DNA from: Minisyncoccia bacterium
GTDB lineage: Bacteria; Patescibacteriota; Minisyncoccia; Phycocordibacterales; UBA9973
Assembly: GCA_965656375.1 (NCBI GenBank)
Contig: CBFHKH010000001.1
Span: 281,319 to 345,318, forward strand
Length of the DNA: 64,000 nucleotides
Direction: 5' to 3'
The position numbers and the translations under genes were made by a program. The notes beneath the pieces were generated by a model. That model was not told the DNA's origin. It saw nothing but the letters and a program-made list of their open reading frames with translations, and made no database searches. Below, piece after piece: positions 38,502 to 48,334 of the stretch (position 1 is the stretch's first letter; every line of letters starts with the position of its first letter).

Positions 38502-39116
38502 ATGAATCAGACAGAAAAATTGAATTTAATCTCAGATGTTATTAAAAAACTAGCTGGAAATAATGCATGCACATGGTTTGAGGCCGTTAATGCAGCAATA
38601 AATAAAAAAGAATACTGGAAGGATATTAATGTAATTCCTAACAAAATATCTGTTGGAAAATTAACAGAAAAAACTTTGATACATCGACTCAATAGTATTA
38701 AATGTGAAATTCTTTATTATGCAAAAAAATTAATGGAGCATGAGGATTTCTACATTACAAAATCGAGATCAAAAGTGAAATTTGCAATTGTACCAACAGC
38801 GACTTTCATGAGGAAGGAAGATAATAAAAATGGCTATCCGATTGAAGAATTGATTGAAAAAATAAGACGTAGTCCAAAATATGGATTATGTGAACCTTCA
38901 GATGCTTTTTTTGTACGTTTGGATTATCACAATCAATCCTTGGCACAAACACTACTTACAGCAATGGACCCAATTACAATATCAAAAACAGGGAATCCTG
39001 GCGGTGTGTTCTGTCTTAAGACCAGCGAAGATAATACAGAGACTATTGATAGCTATCAACACTATCCTCACCTAAGTTTGTATAATCACGTACCGTGGCT
39101 TGTGAGAGTAAAGTAA
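38502..39116 (+). CDS. hypothetical 204-aa protein, orphan, in an AT-rich island with its own promoter and terminator
   Basis: ORF only. Confidence 0.5.
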   Translation: MNQTEKLNLISDVIKKLAGNNACTWFEAVNAAINKKEYWKDINVIPNKISVGKLTEKTLIHRLNSIKCEILYYAKKLMEHEDFYITKSRSKVKFAIVPTATFMRKEDNKNGYPIEELIEKIRRSPKYGLCEPSDAFFVRLDYHNQSLAQTLLTAMDPITISKTGNPGGVFCLKTSEDNTETIDSYQHYPHLSLYNHVPWLVRVK

Positions 39117-39140
39117 TTAAAAAACATATTAGAGAATCTA

Positions 39141-39183
39141 GACTCCTTTGCAAGGTAATAAACCAGCAAAGGAGTTTTATTAT
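39141..39183 (+). terminator. intrinsic terminator after the 204-aa gene
   Basis: ctcctttgc...gcaaaggag + TTTTATT. Confidence 0.6.
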
Positions 39184-39216
39184 TTAATTATCTTCGTCCT
39201 ATGCTAGGATAAAGGT

Positions 39217-41169
39217 ATGTATATCGCTACTGTCATACCTATACAAAAAGGCCATCAGAAGGAGCATCTTTCATATTTTTCGGCGAGCGATATACCCCTC
39301 GGATCTATCGTAACAATCCCCGTGCGATCAAAGAAAGTCGATGCTATCGTCATACGTATCGAGGATGCACGTGAGATGAAGTCAGACCTCAAGCAAAGAG
39401 AATATCAACTCAAAAAAATTGAAAGTGTCAAAGGTCCATCACCATTTGGAAATGAATTCTTTGTCGCATGTAGCCGAATGAAAGACTACGCAGTAAGCAA
39501 CACCGGCGCTATCATCAAAGCGCTTCTGCCTACAGTTTTTCTAGAAAATATTTCTGAACTCAAGAATCCTGTGGCTCCACGTATCATAACGAGCACAGAA
39601 AATGTAAAACAAGAAAAGCTCATATTCCAAGCACTCACTCCAGATCGTATTAGTTGGTATCGGACTCTTATCCGCGAGGCATTTGCAAAGAAGGAATCAA
39701 TATTCCTCTGTGTACCGACACGATATGACATTGAGGAATGCACGCGAGAACTTACAAAAGGTATTGAACAGTATGTCTTCGCTTTTCATAGCGATATGAC
39801 AAAAAAAGCATTACTTCAGTCGTATAATGACGTACTCTCTCTCCCTCATCCAGTCCTGATCATTGGAACAGGAATGTTTCTTTCAATAGAAAGATCCGAC
39901 ATCAAGACTCTTATTGTAGAACATGAGAGCTCCGATACATACAAACAATTTAATAGGCCGTATCTCGATATTAGGAATTTCGCTGAAGTTCTCTCAAGTA
40001 TCAAAAACTGGAAGCTTATCCTAGCCGATACGCTTCTTCGACCAGATACGCTTTCTCGTCACGAAGAAGAAGGACTGGGAGAAGTTCATCCACCACTTTT
40101 TCGTCTTCCCGAAGTTGAGCGACAACTTGTCATCGATATGAAAGAAGAAGTAGACGACAAAGGCATCAAAAGCTTTACTGTGCTTTCTCATACAACACGG
40201 CAGATGATCGAGTTCGCCCTTGCGCATGATGAATCTGTCTTTCTCTTTTCCGTACGCAAAGGTCTGGCGGGAGTGACTGTATGTCATGATTGTGGACATA
40301 CGCTTTTATGCCCGTCATGTTCTACTCCTGTAGTGCTCTATGGTGCAAAGAGACGTGACCCAACAAAGACAGAATCGGAGCGAATATTTATGTGCAATAA
40401 ATGCGGACGGAAAGAGACAACAGAAGTGCGCTGCACAAATTGTACCAGTTGGAATCTTGTTCCACTCGGTATTGGTACTGATCGGGTGTATGAAGAGGTA
40501 GAGAAATTATTTAAAAATGCAACCATCATCCAGATTGACAAAGAATCAACGAGCACCGACAAAGAGGCTCGCGATGCAATCACCCGATTTACAAAAACAA
40601 AAGGTGCAATACTCATCGGTACTGAGATGGTATTTTCATACCTCCATAGCGAAGTGACTCACAGCGCACTTATTTCTCTCGACGGACTCCTCTCAATCCC
40701 AAGCTTCAATATCAGCCAAAAGATTCTCCACATTATCGAGAAGCTTCATTATGCAACAACCCGCAATCTCATCATCCAAACTCGCATTCCAGATAACCAG
40801 ATACTCAAATACATATTAAGTGGTAATGTGTTACCACTCTATCGTGAAGACCTTAAAGAACGGAGAGCATTCGGATACCCACCCTTTAAGCGATTGATAA
40901 AAATTACTTTCACTGGCACCGCAAAAGAAACAGAAAAAGCTCGCTCATATCTCAATCACGTGCTCGGAGCATATGATCCGCAAATCTTTTCTGCATTCAT
41001 TGGTCGAATCAAGGGACACTATATTACAAATACGGTCATTCGAGTTGACCCTCACTTGTGGCCGCTCCCAACTACAGAACGGAAAGGTGTAGACCGATCT
41101 CTCTTGGATACTCTTTCTACCCTTCCTCCATCATTCTCTATAAATGTAGATCCAGAGGACCTTTTGTAA
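39217..41169 (+). CDS. priA: primosomal protein N' (PriA)-like with degenerate helicase Walker A/B but intact Cys-rich zinc module
   Basis: CHDCGHTLLCPSC...CNKCGRKE...CTNC zinc fingers and PriA C-terminal domain; Walker A position reads ALTPDRISWY; DEEH position reads VEHESSDTYKQ. Confidence 0.7.
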   Translation: MYIATVIPIQKGHQKEHLSYFSASDIPLGSIVTIPVRSKKVDAIVIRIEDAREMKSDLKQREYQLKKIESVKGPSPFGNEFFVACSRMKDYAVSNTGAIIKALLPTVFLENISELKNPVAPRIITSTENVKQEKLIFQALTPDRISWYRTLIREAFAKKESIFLCVPTRYDIEECTRELTKGIEQYVFAFHSDMTKKALLQSYNDVLSLPHPVLIIGTGMFLSIERSDIKTLIVEHESSDTYKQFNRPYLDIRNFAEVLSSIKNWKLILADTLLRPDTLSRHEEEGLGEVHPPLFRLPEVERQLVIDMKEEVDDKGIKSFTVLSHTTRQMIEFALAHDESVFLFSVRKGLAGVTVCHDCGHTLLCPSCSTPVVLYGAKRRDPTKTESERIFMCNKCGRKETTEVRCTNCTSWNLVPLGIGTDRVYEEVEKLFKNATIIQIDKESTSTDKEARDAITRFTKTKGAILIGTEMVFSYLHSEVTHSALISLDGLLSIPSFNISQKILHIIEKLHYATTRNLIIQTRIPDNQILKYILSGNVLPLYREDLKERRAFGYPPFKRLIKITFTGTAKETEKARSYLNHVLGAYDPQIFSAFIGRIKGHYITNTVIRVDPHLWPLPTTERKGVDRSLLDTLSTLPPSFSINVDPEDLL

Positions 41170-41214
41170 AATTCTTGCGTACTAAATTAGAATATGGTAG
41201 TATAATTCCTACAT

Positions 41215-41463
41215 ATGATTACAGTTATAGAGGTTAAGAAAAATACAAATGAGAGCAATATGAACCTGGTCCGTCGCTTTTCTCGAAAGGTTCAGGAGTC
41301 TGGCATCATTCAAAAAGTAAAGAGTAAGCGCTACAATGAACGATCACTCTCAAAGCTTAAGACTAAGCAAGCAACACTCAAGCGTATCAACCGACGCAAG
41401 AATCATGAGAAGCTCCTAAAATTAGGTAAAGCTCAGGTCGTTACAAAACGAGGTCATAGATAG
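41215..41463 (+). CDS. rpsU: 30S ribosomal protein S21
   Basis: VRRFSRKVQESGI...KRYNE...; highly basic, 82 aa. Confidence 0.75.
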   Translation: MITVIEVKKNTNESNMNLVRRFSRKVQESGIIQKVKSKRYNERSLSKLKTKQATLKRINRRKNHEKLLKLGKAQVVTKRGHR

Positions 41464-41466
41464 GAC

Positions 41467-41850
41467 ATGACTGTCGAATTCTGCACAATCACAAACAAGA
41501 CAAAAGGCAAGCTTCCACGCTTGCCTTTTGCTTCGATAAAGGAGGCTATTTTGGGGCCGACCTATGATCTTTCAGTAAGCTTTGTTGGAAAAGGTACTCA
41601 AAAGAAGTTCAATAGCATCTACCGAGGAAAAGACAAAACTACAAATGTACTTTCCTTTCCTCTTTCAAAAAATTCTGGAGAAATTACTTTTGATCTTGTA
41701 CAAGTAAAACGTGATGCTCCACTCTTTGAGATGACCTATTCGCAATTCTTAAAATTCCTCTTTATCCACGGATGCTTGCATTTGAAAGGTTTCGAACATA
41801 GTAGTACAATGGAGAAACAGGAGAAGAAATTTCTTGCGATGTTTTCGTAA
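41467..41850 (+). CDS. ybeY: rRNA maturation endoribonuclease YbeY
   Basis: HGCLHLKGFEH (H3xH5xH zinc motif). Confidence 0.85.
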   Translation: MTVEFCTITNKTKGKLPRLPFASIKEAILGPTYDLSVSFVGKGTQKKFNSIYRGKDKTTNVLSFPLSKNSGEITFDLVQVKRDAPLFEMTYSQFLKFLFIHGCLHLKGFEHSSTMEKQEKKFLAMFS

Positions 41851-41872
41851 CTAATCACTTCTCTCAATCACC

Positions 41873-43048
41873 ATGGCAAGAAGCAATTACACATGCGGCA
41901 TCGATATAGGTACTCACACGACTCGAGTCGTTATTATCGGTACCAGTAAGGATGGCAAAAATCCTGAACTTCTCGCAGTCGGTGCAGCTCCAACAAATGG
42001 CATGCGGCTCGGATACATCACCAATACTGATCACGTAGCACAAAGCATTAAACAAGCAGTCGCACAAGCAGAAAAAGCATTTGGAGGGAAAGTCCGTCGC
42101 GCACTTGTCTCTATCGGTGGGATTGGTCTTGCCTCCGTGATTTCAACAGGATCAGTTGTAGTTTCTCGAGCTGATCAAGAAATTACCCACCTCGATATTT
42201 CTAAAGCACTTGCAGATAGCGAAGAAAATCTCGAGATCATCAACAAAAAGATTGTTCATATAATTCCCTTGTCGTACAAGCTCGATGGTAAGGACATACA
42301 CGGTAGACCAGAAGGAATGAAAGGAATCAAGCTCGAAGTACGAACTCTTTTTGTCACTTGCCTCAAGCAAAATGTAGAAGATCTGATCACTGCCTGCGCA
42401 CTCGCTCATATTGAAGTAGAAGATGTCATCGCTTCACCTATCGCAGGCTCTTTAGTCCTACTTGGAACAAAACAAAAAGCTGCTGGCTGTGCCCTTATCG
42501 ATATTGGAGCAGAAACCGTATCGCTTGCTGTATTTGAAAACAATCTCCTTATCTCACTTCATGTATTTTCTATCGGCAGTATGGATATTACGAAGGATAT
42601 TGCACTCGGATTTAAAATCGCACTCGAAGAAGCAGAAAGTATTAAATTGGGCTCAGTCATTGGAGGTGATTATTCAAAAAAGAAACTAGATGAGATTATA
42701 GAAGCTCGCCTTGGCGATATATTTGAACTTGTGGAACGGGAACTTAAACGCATTCGACGCAATGAATTGCTTCCGGCTGGTGTGATACTTACTGGTGGTG
42801 GTGCATATGTAGCAAAGATAGAAGAACTCGCACGCACCGCACTTAAACTTCCCGCTCGAGTCGGGCCAGCTGACGGAACTCTCACGAGTAAATGGAAAAT
42901 CCGAGACGCGTCATGGTACACCGCGTTCGGACTTGCGCTCTCAATGCGCGATAGCGGAGGTTCAAACACACTTCATAGCTCAATCGGAGATAATGTAAAA
43001 GAAGTGAAGGGATTTTTCAAATCCATTCTCTCTCAACTTTTGCCATAA
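41873..43048 (+). CDS. ftsA: cell division protein FtsA
   Basis: CGIDIGTHTTRVVI, actin-fold motifs, immediately upstream of ftsZ. Confidence 0.85.
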   Translation: MARSNYTCGIDIGTHTTRVVIIGTSKDGKNPELLAVGAAPTNGMRLGYITNTDHVAQSIKQAVAQAEKAFGGKVRRALVSIGGIGLASVISTGSVVVSRADQEITHLDISKALADSEENLEIINKKIVHIIPLSYKLDGKDIHGRPEGMKGIKLEVRTLFVTCLKQNVEDLITACALAHIEVEDVIASPIAGSLVLLGTKQKAAGCALIDIGAETVSLAVFENNLLISLHVFSIGSMDITKDIALGFKIALEEAESIKLGSVIGGDYSKKKLDEIIEARLGDIFELVERELKRIRRNELLPAGVILTGGGAYVAKIEELARTALKLPARVGPADGTLTSKWKIRDASWYTAFGLALSMRDSGGSNTLHSSIGDNVKEVKGFFKSILSQLLP

Positions 43049-43165
43049 GTTCTGCTTTTGTCAAAAAAGACGAATCTAGCCTTTTTGGAAATTTCTGCTA
43101 TCATATACATACGTAGGTCTTACACCTGTAGTTATTAATAAGAAAAGGCACACGCCTTATAATAT

Positions 43166-44338
43166 ATGCCTAAAATTAATCCAGACATAGAATCATTCGC
43201 TCGCATTAAAGTTATTGGTATTGGCGGTTCAGGAAAGAATGCGCTTAATCACATGATCACCTCGAAGGTTCGTGGTGTTGAATTCATCGTAATGAATACT
43301 GACACACAGGACCTGCACAACTCATTTGCTGAAAAGAAAGTTCATCTTGGTAAGAATCTTACCAAAGGTCTTGGTGCGGGAATGAACCCTGAGATCGGCA
43401 AACGTGCCGCTGAAGAAACAAAAGCTGAAATTCAAGATGTCATCAAAGGCGCAGACATGGTATTTATCGCCTGCGGTATGGGAGGTGGTACTGGTACTGG
43501 TGCAGCACCGATAGTTGCGCAAGCTGCTAAAGAACAAGGTATCCTCACTGTCGCTGTCGTGACAAAGCCGTTTTCATTTGAAGGCAACCAGCGCATGAAA
43601 CTCGCAGAAGAAGGTCTCGCCCTTCTTGAGCGTGAAGTTGATGCGATACTTGTTATTCCCAATGACCGATTGATCGCTATTTCAAGCAAAGAAGTTGGCT
43701 TCCGTCAGGCATTTGCGATGTGTGACGAAGTTCTAAAGCAAGCAGTTGAAGGTATCTCCGAACTTATTACAACTCCAGGTATGATCAATGTAGACTTTGC
43801 TGATATTCGTGCAGTTATGCATGATGCTGGATCTGCTCTCATGGGAGTCGGTATTGCTGCAGGTGACGGTAGAGCAGAAAAAGCAGCACTTGAAGCGATC
43901 AATTCTCCTCTCCTTGATCTTTCTATTTCTGGTGCACGTGGAGTGCTCTTTGCAATCTCAGGTGGTGATGATCTCACAATCCATGAGATTCAAGAAGCTG
44001 CAAAGATCATCACTGAGTCTATAGACAAAGATGCAAAGGTTATATTTGGAACTATTCGTGATGACAAGCTCAAGAAGGGCGAGATGAAAGTCACTGTTAT
44101 CGCTACTGGCTTCCCTACTGATATGCCAAAACGCTCTCTATTCCAGAGTCAGGTAAAGATGGGTGGAGATACGGTCGCAACCGCAAGCAAAGAAGACATC
44201 CTTCAAGCGGTTACAAAAGAAACAGGTAAAGATCTCTCAAATGATTACGTGAAAAAGGCAGACAAGGATAATGATTTATTTATAGATGACACAGATGACT
44301 GGAGCACTGTTCCGGCATTCCTCCGAAGGAAAAAATAG
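43166..44338 (+). CDS. ftsZ: cell division protein FtsZ
   Basis: GIGGSGKNA, tubulin signature GGGTGTG, C-terminal conserved DDW...PAFLRRK tail. Confidence 0.97.
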   Translation: MPKINPDIESFARIKVIGIGGSGKNALNHMITSKVRGVEFIVMNTDTQDLHNSFAEKKVHLGKNLTKGLGAGMNPEIGKRAAEETKAEIQDVIKGADMVFIACGMGGGTGTGAAPIVAQAAKEQGILTVAVVTKPFSFEGNQRMKLAEEGLALLEREVDAILVIPNDRLIAISSKEVGFRQAFAMCDEVLKQAVEGISELITTPGMINVDFADIRAVMHDAGSALMGVGIAAGDGRAEKAALEAINSPLLDLSISGARGVLFAISGGDDLTIHEIQEAAKIITESIDKDAKVIFGTIRDDKLKKGEMKVTVIATGFPTDMPKRSLFQSQVKMGGDTVATASKEDILQAVTKETGKDLSNDYVKKADKDNDLFIDDTDDWSTVPAFLRRKK

Positions 44339-44346
44339 TAACTACC

Positions 44347-44386
44347 CTAAAACGACCTCATACACGAGGTCGTTTTGGTTTTTTAC
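44347..44386 (+). terminator. intrinsic terminator after ftsZ
   Basis: aaaacgacctc-ataca-cgaggtcgtttt + T-run. Confidence 0.65.
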
Positions 44387-44410
44387 TAAATCTATATTAT
44401 AATTCTCCTA

Positions 44411-44442
44411 CTGCTAGCTGCTAATTGCTAGTAGCTAAAAGC
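44411..44442. repeat. heptad repeat ctgctag|ctgctaa|ttgctag|tagctaa|aagcta immediately upstream of trxB
   Basis: same TGCTAR heptad motif as at 17962-17989. Confidence 0.6.
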
Positions 44443-44448
44443 TATATT

Positions 44449-45396
44449 ATGTACGATTTAATTATTCTCGGTGGAGGACCAGCAGGAACAGCTGCAGCTG
44501 TGTACGCTGCTCGTAAACAATTAAAAACAGCGATCATTACTGCCGAATTTGGTGGCCAATCTACCGTATCTGAACTTATATATAACTGGATCGGTACTCC
44601 TGAAATTTCCGGAGCAGATCTTGGTAAAAATTTGAAAGCACACACGTTATACTACAAAGGTCCATATCTTGATGTCTTTGATGGTGAAAAAGTGACGAAA
44701 GTTACCAAAGACAAAAATGGTGTTGAAGTAATCACAGAAGGAGGTACTACATATACATCCCACGCTCTTCTTGTGGCCACAGGTAGTGGTAGACGTAAGC
44801 TCGATGCAGTGAATGCAGATCAATTCGAACATAAAGGTATTACCTACTGTGCATCATGCGATGGTCCACTATTTGCTGATCAGGATGTGCTTGTCATTGG
44901 TGGAGGTAACGCTGGATTCGAAACAGCCGCGCAACTTCTTGCCTACTGCAAGAGTGTTACACTCATTCATCGTAGTGCGGACTTTAAGGCGGATGAGATT
45001 ACTGTAAAAAAGATACTTGAGAATCCGAAGTTCAAAGCTATCACTAATGCAGACATACTTCGTGTCGATGGCCAGCCTGCGCAGGCAGGCGAGCTACAAT
45101 TTGTTGGTTCGCTGACCTATAAAGACAAGCTCACTGGACTAGAACATTCGATTGAAACCACAGGAATATTTGTCGAAGTTGGTCAGATACCTAATACTGA
45201 TTTTATGAAAGGTGTAGTAGATATAGATACAGGCGGCAAGCTCATCGTCGACCCTATGACTCAAATGACCTCAGTTGCTGGTATTTGGGCCGCGGGTGAT
45301 TGCACAAATGGTAGATATCATCAAAATAATATCGCTGCCGGCGACGCTGTCAAAGCTCTCGAAGATCTCTATATCTGGATACAGAAGAATACATAA
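44449..45396 (+). CDS. trxB: thioredoxin-disulfide reductase
   Basis: FAD GGGPAG, redox CASCDG, NADPH GGGNAG; start at MYDLIIL (the supplied ORF begins 8 codons earlier). Confidence 0.9.
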   Translation: MYDLIILGGGPAGTAAAVYAARKQLKTAIITAEFGGQSTVSELIYNWIGTPEISGADLGKNLKAHTLYYKGPYLDVFDGEKVTKVTKDKNGVEVITEGGTTYTSHALLVATGSGRRKLDAVNADQFEHKGITYCASCDGPLFADQDVLVIGGGNAGFETAAQLLAYCKSVTLIHRSADFKADEITVKKILENPKFKAITNADILRVDGQPAQAGELQFVGSLTYKDKLTGLEHSIETTGIFVEVGQIPNTDFMKGVVDIDTGGKLIVDPMTQMTSVAGIWAAGDCTNGRYHQNNIAAGDAVKALEDLYIWIQKNT

Positions 45397-45428
45397 CAAA
45401 AAAGACTGCAGAAGCAGTCTTTTTTGTT
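45397..45428. terminator. bidirectional hairpin aaaaagactgc-agaa-gcagtcttttt between convergent trxB and the GlmU-like gene
   Basis: perfect stem flanked by A-run and T-run. Confidence 0.7.
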
Positions 45429-46185
45429 ATGTATTCGTTATTAAGATTTTTTCAAGTATTTCTAGTTCAGCTTTTGAATTTGGTTGTAAACCTTCAATAA
45501 TATTGGAAACTGGAACAGCCTCAATTTTCTTACTTTGATCACACGCAATCTTGATGAGGTCAGTTAAGTAGTACTCCCCTTGTGCATTTTCATTTTTAAG
45601 TGAATCTATATTTTTCCAAAGCCATTTTGTATCAAATGCATATAAAGCAGGGTTCAATTCTTTTATTCTCTTTTCATCTTCAGTTGCATCTTTGAACTCA
45701 GTAATTTTTTTTACTGATCCATCAGAGTCACGAATGATTCTACCAAAGTTCGTATACAGACCTACTCTCCAATCTTTAAAGTCAGGAACAACAACTGTTC
45801 CTATGGTAATCGTTGGGGTTTTCTCTATATGAGTTTTAATAATGTTTTGTATCGTTTGCATTGAAATAGTAGGTTGGTCGGCTGATATAACGAGAGTTAT
45901 ATCATTCTCTGGGTTTACAGATTCTTTTGCAGAAAGAACAGCATGACCTGTACCAAGCTGCTCTTTTTGAACAGCATATGTGTAACCATCACCAAGAGCT
46001 TCACGAATATAATCCCCCTTCTGACCTATGACTATAACTGGTTTGTCACAGACACCAGATGACTCAATAGTGTCTAAAATATGCTCAATAAACGGCTTTC
46101 CATTAAGTGGAGTGAGAGCCTTTGGTATTTCAGATTGCATTCTTTTACCGTGTCCTGCAGCAAGTATTATAATTTGGGTTTTCAT
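45427..46185 (-). CDS. UDP-N-acetylglucosamine pyrophosphorylase-like nucleotidyltransferase (GlmU N-terminal domain only; no LbH acetyltransferase domain)
   Basis: ILAAGHGKRMQSEIPKAL, QLGTGHA, EYYLTD motifs of GlmU uridyltransferase domain; start may be the upstream ATG at 46227. Confidence 0.65.
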   Translation of the reverse strand: MKTQIIILAAGHGKRMQSEIPKALTPLNGKPFIEHILDTIESSGVCDKPVIVIGQKGDYIREALGDGYTYAVQKEQLGTGHAVLSAKESVNPENDITLVISADQPTISMQTIQNIIKTHIEKTPTITIGTVVVPDFKDWRVGLYTNFGRIIRDSDGSVKKITEFKDATEDEKRIKELNPALYAFDTKWLWKNIDSLKNENAQGEYYLTDLIKIACDQSKKIEAVPVSNIIEGLQPNSKAELEILEKILITNT

Positions 46186-46277
46186 ATACTTTGCTATAGT
46201 AGCAGACTTACAATCTTTTTCCAACATCGTATTTTTGTGTTTTTGATAAAAAATGCTATACTCTTTAACATGTTTTT

Positions 46278-46349
46278 GGCCCTATCGTCTAACGGTTAGG
46301 ACATCGGCTTTTCAAGCCGGTAATCCGGGTTCGATTCCCGGTAGGGTCA
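46278..46349 (+). tRNA. tRNA-Glu (anticodon UUC)
   Basis: cloverleaf ggcccta...tagggtc acceptor, anticodon loop ttTTCaa, T-loop ttcgatt. Confidence 0.85.
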
Positions 46350-46361
46350 CAGGTGCTGTAG

Positions 46362-46448
46362 GGAAAGGTGGCTGAGTGGTTGAAGGCACCGCTCTCGAAA
46401 AGCGGCAGGGGTGAAAGCTCCTCGAGGGTTCAAATCCCTCCCATTCCG
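46362..46448 (+). tRNA. tRNA-Ser (anticodon CGA), long variable arm
   Basis: D-arm gctgagtggttgaaggc, anticodon loop ctCGAaa, extended variable arm, T-loop ttcaaat; one acceptor mismatch. Confidence 0.8.
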
Positions 46449-46458
46449 CAGGAAAAAC

Positions 46459-46531
46459 GCGCGGTTAGCTCAGTTGGTAGAGCGTCCCCTTGACGTGGGG
46501 AAGGCCACAGGTTCGAATCCTGTATCGCGCA
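46459..46531 (+). tRNA. tRNA-Val (anticodon GAC)
   Basis: acceptor gcgcggt/atcgcgc, D-arm agctcagttggtagagc, anticodon loop ttGACgt, T-loop ttcgaat. Confidence 0.85.
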
Positions 46532-46737
46532 CAAATATATCTCCTTTTGCCCATATTTAGCAAGCTATTCTGGCTTGACTTTTAAGGTTATTTATGCTAT
46601 TATATTCAAGTAATTCGTTCTTTGAAAATTTAAAGCTTAGGTCTTGTTTATGAGGACAATTCTCGCCTTCCCTTCATTATTTGAAAGGTTAGCGTTGTCT
46701 TCATAAACAAAAATTCTAAACTTTTAAAATAAACACT

Positions 46738-47238
46738 ATGTCATCACACAACACTTCACACGCAACAGAAACCGAAGCTTCAGATAAAAGCATACGGGCA
46801 ACTGTACCAGAACCAAAATTGTCAATTGTATTTGGAATAATTATCGGTATCATACTACTAATTATCACATTTGTGGTTGTCAAGAACCTGTATAAAAACA
46901 GGCCACAGGAATACTTCCTAACAAAAATCGGGTACGGTGGATATCTGGAAATTGAGGTTAGACCAAACCACACTCCATACAAGATATTCCTAACACCGAG
47001 CCGGGATTTCCATCAGATCTGGTCAGAAGACGAACTTGAAGTAATCACTCTAAGCAAAAGCAAGAGTGAAACAAGAAGAATACGTGGTAGATCCATAGTT
47101 AATGGATCATCATTCTCTTCCCATGCTGACTTCAATGCAATCTTGCTAAAGAACGAAACAAATCATTCAATCACCTTCAAAATCAGCAAGTGTCGTTCTC
47201 TCGAGGACAGCATCCCTAATTTTGGAATTAAAAACTAA
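46738..47238 (+). CDS. hypothetical single-TM membrane protein
   Basis: ORF with one TM (IVFGIIIGIILLIITFVVV). Confidence 0.45.
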   Translation: MSSHNTSHATETEASDKSIRATVPEPKLSIVFGIIIGIILLIITFVVVKNLYKNRPQEYFLTKIGYGGYLEIEVRPNHTPYKIFLTPSRDFHQIWSEDELEVITLSKSKSETRRIRGRSIVNGSSFSSHADFNAILLKNETNHSITFKISKCRSLEDSIPNFGIKN

Positions 47239-48289
47239 TCACATGCAAACATTTTTTTTAAATTTCGAAATTTTTATTTGTATAGCTGTAATCTTAGCAA
47301 CAGGTAAGATAGCATTCCCAACCTACACCTATACGTACAAATTTTCTTTGATCGTATGGTGTATTGGAATATGCATTTTTGCCTTTCAGCTTATCAGCAT
47401 CTCTTCAAACATTGATGTTGAACAAACCATTGATGCTGTACAGATTGTATCGTGCGTTGTGTCCTTAGCAATATGTAGTTTTACTGCGTATTTAAACGGA
47501 AGACAACTCACATACAAAACTATGACTATAGTTGTCTCCCGGGTAACCAACAAAGCAGTAGGAGTTATCGGTCCAGGAATAGGTTCTATAGATCCGTGGT
47601 TTGAAATCACCGCAAAACCTATTAGCCTGAAAGCTGAAGAAGTTCGCATTAAAGAAACACCATGGATGCAAACAGGTACGCGAGGCATCTTAGCTCGAAT
47701 ACTTGAAATTAGCATTATGCTTCAATGTAAAGGTAACAGTGATTCTAAATCTAAAGGTAACAGTGATCCTAAGAGTATAATTTCTCTCTATAACATTGTA
47801 GGTGGAGTAGAAACTGTTATAGAGCGCATTAAAAACTTCGCTGATGAATTCTTTTTGGATGAAGTTGGTGTTGTGGAAGCTCAAAAATTAGATACTGGTA
47901 GAAAGAAATTCAGAGAAGCTATGCGGATAAAATTAGAAAAAGAAATAAATCATTTTTGCTGTGAGAATGGATATCCCTATATAGTTAAGCAGATATTGAT
48001 AGGTGATACCGAACTTTCTAAACAGTACTACGATGCATTGGCCGAACTTGCTTTGACCATCCTAAGGGAAAATGCATTGAATAAGAGCGCAGAGATGACT
48101 GGTGAGAGGGTTAGAGCTCTTGGAAAAGTTTTATTGCCTACTGGCAGTGAATCACAGCAGTTTGAAGCTGCTCAGATAACACTGAAAGAAATCAAGAAAA
48201 CAATTGAGGATAAGAAATTTGGAGTTGATGCTGATATGGCAAAACTTATCAAATTGATTGTTCCAGTTCTTTTCAAGTCTCGCAAGTAA
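47222..48289 (+). CDS. hypothetical polytopic membrane protein with in-frame 24-nt tandem duplication (KGNSDSKS/KGNSDPKS)
   Basis: several N-terminal TM helices; duplication at 47729-47776. Confidence 0.45.
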   Translation: MELKTNHMQTFFLNFEIFICIAVILATGKIAFPTYTYTYKFSLIVWCIGICIFAFQLISISSNIDVEQTIDAVQIVSCVVSLAICSFTAYLNGRQLTYKTMTIVVSRVTNKAVGVIGPGIGSIDPWFEITAKPISLKAEEVRIKETPWMQTGTRGILARILEISIMLQCKGNSDSKSKGNSDPKSIISLYNIVGGVETVIERIKNFADEFFLDEVGVVEAQKLDTGRKKFREAMRIKLEKEINHFCCENGYPYIVKQILIGDTELSKQYYDALAELALTILRENALNKSAEMTGERVRALGKVLLPTGSESQQFEAAQITLKEIKKTIEDKKFGVDADMAKLIKLIVPVLFKSRK

Positions 48290-48302
48290 GAAAATCAAAT
48301 TT

Positions 48303-48334
48303 TAAGTCCCAGCACACGCTGGGACTTTTTTATT
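48303..48334. terminator. bidirectional hairpin agtcccagc-acac-gctgggact + T6 between convergent genes
   Basis: perfect 9-bp GC-rich stem. Confidence 0.7.

Noticed and set aside
46532-46737. Prophage or integrative element attachment site after tRNA-Val
   Set aside because: No integrase, recombinase, transposase or phage structural genes anywhere in the window. Only an imperfect inverted repeat was found, so this is kept as a low-interest hotspot rather than called a mobile element.
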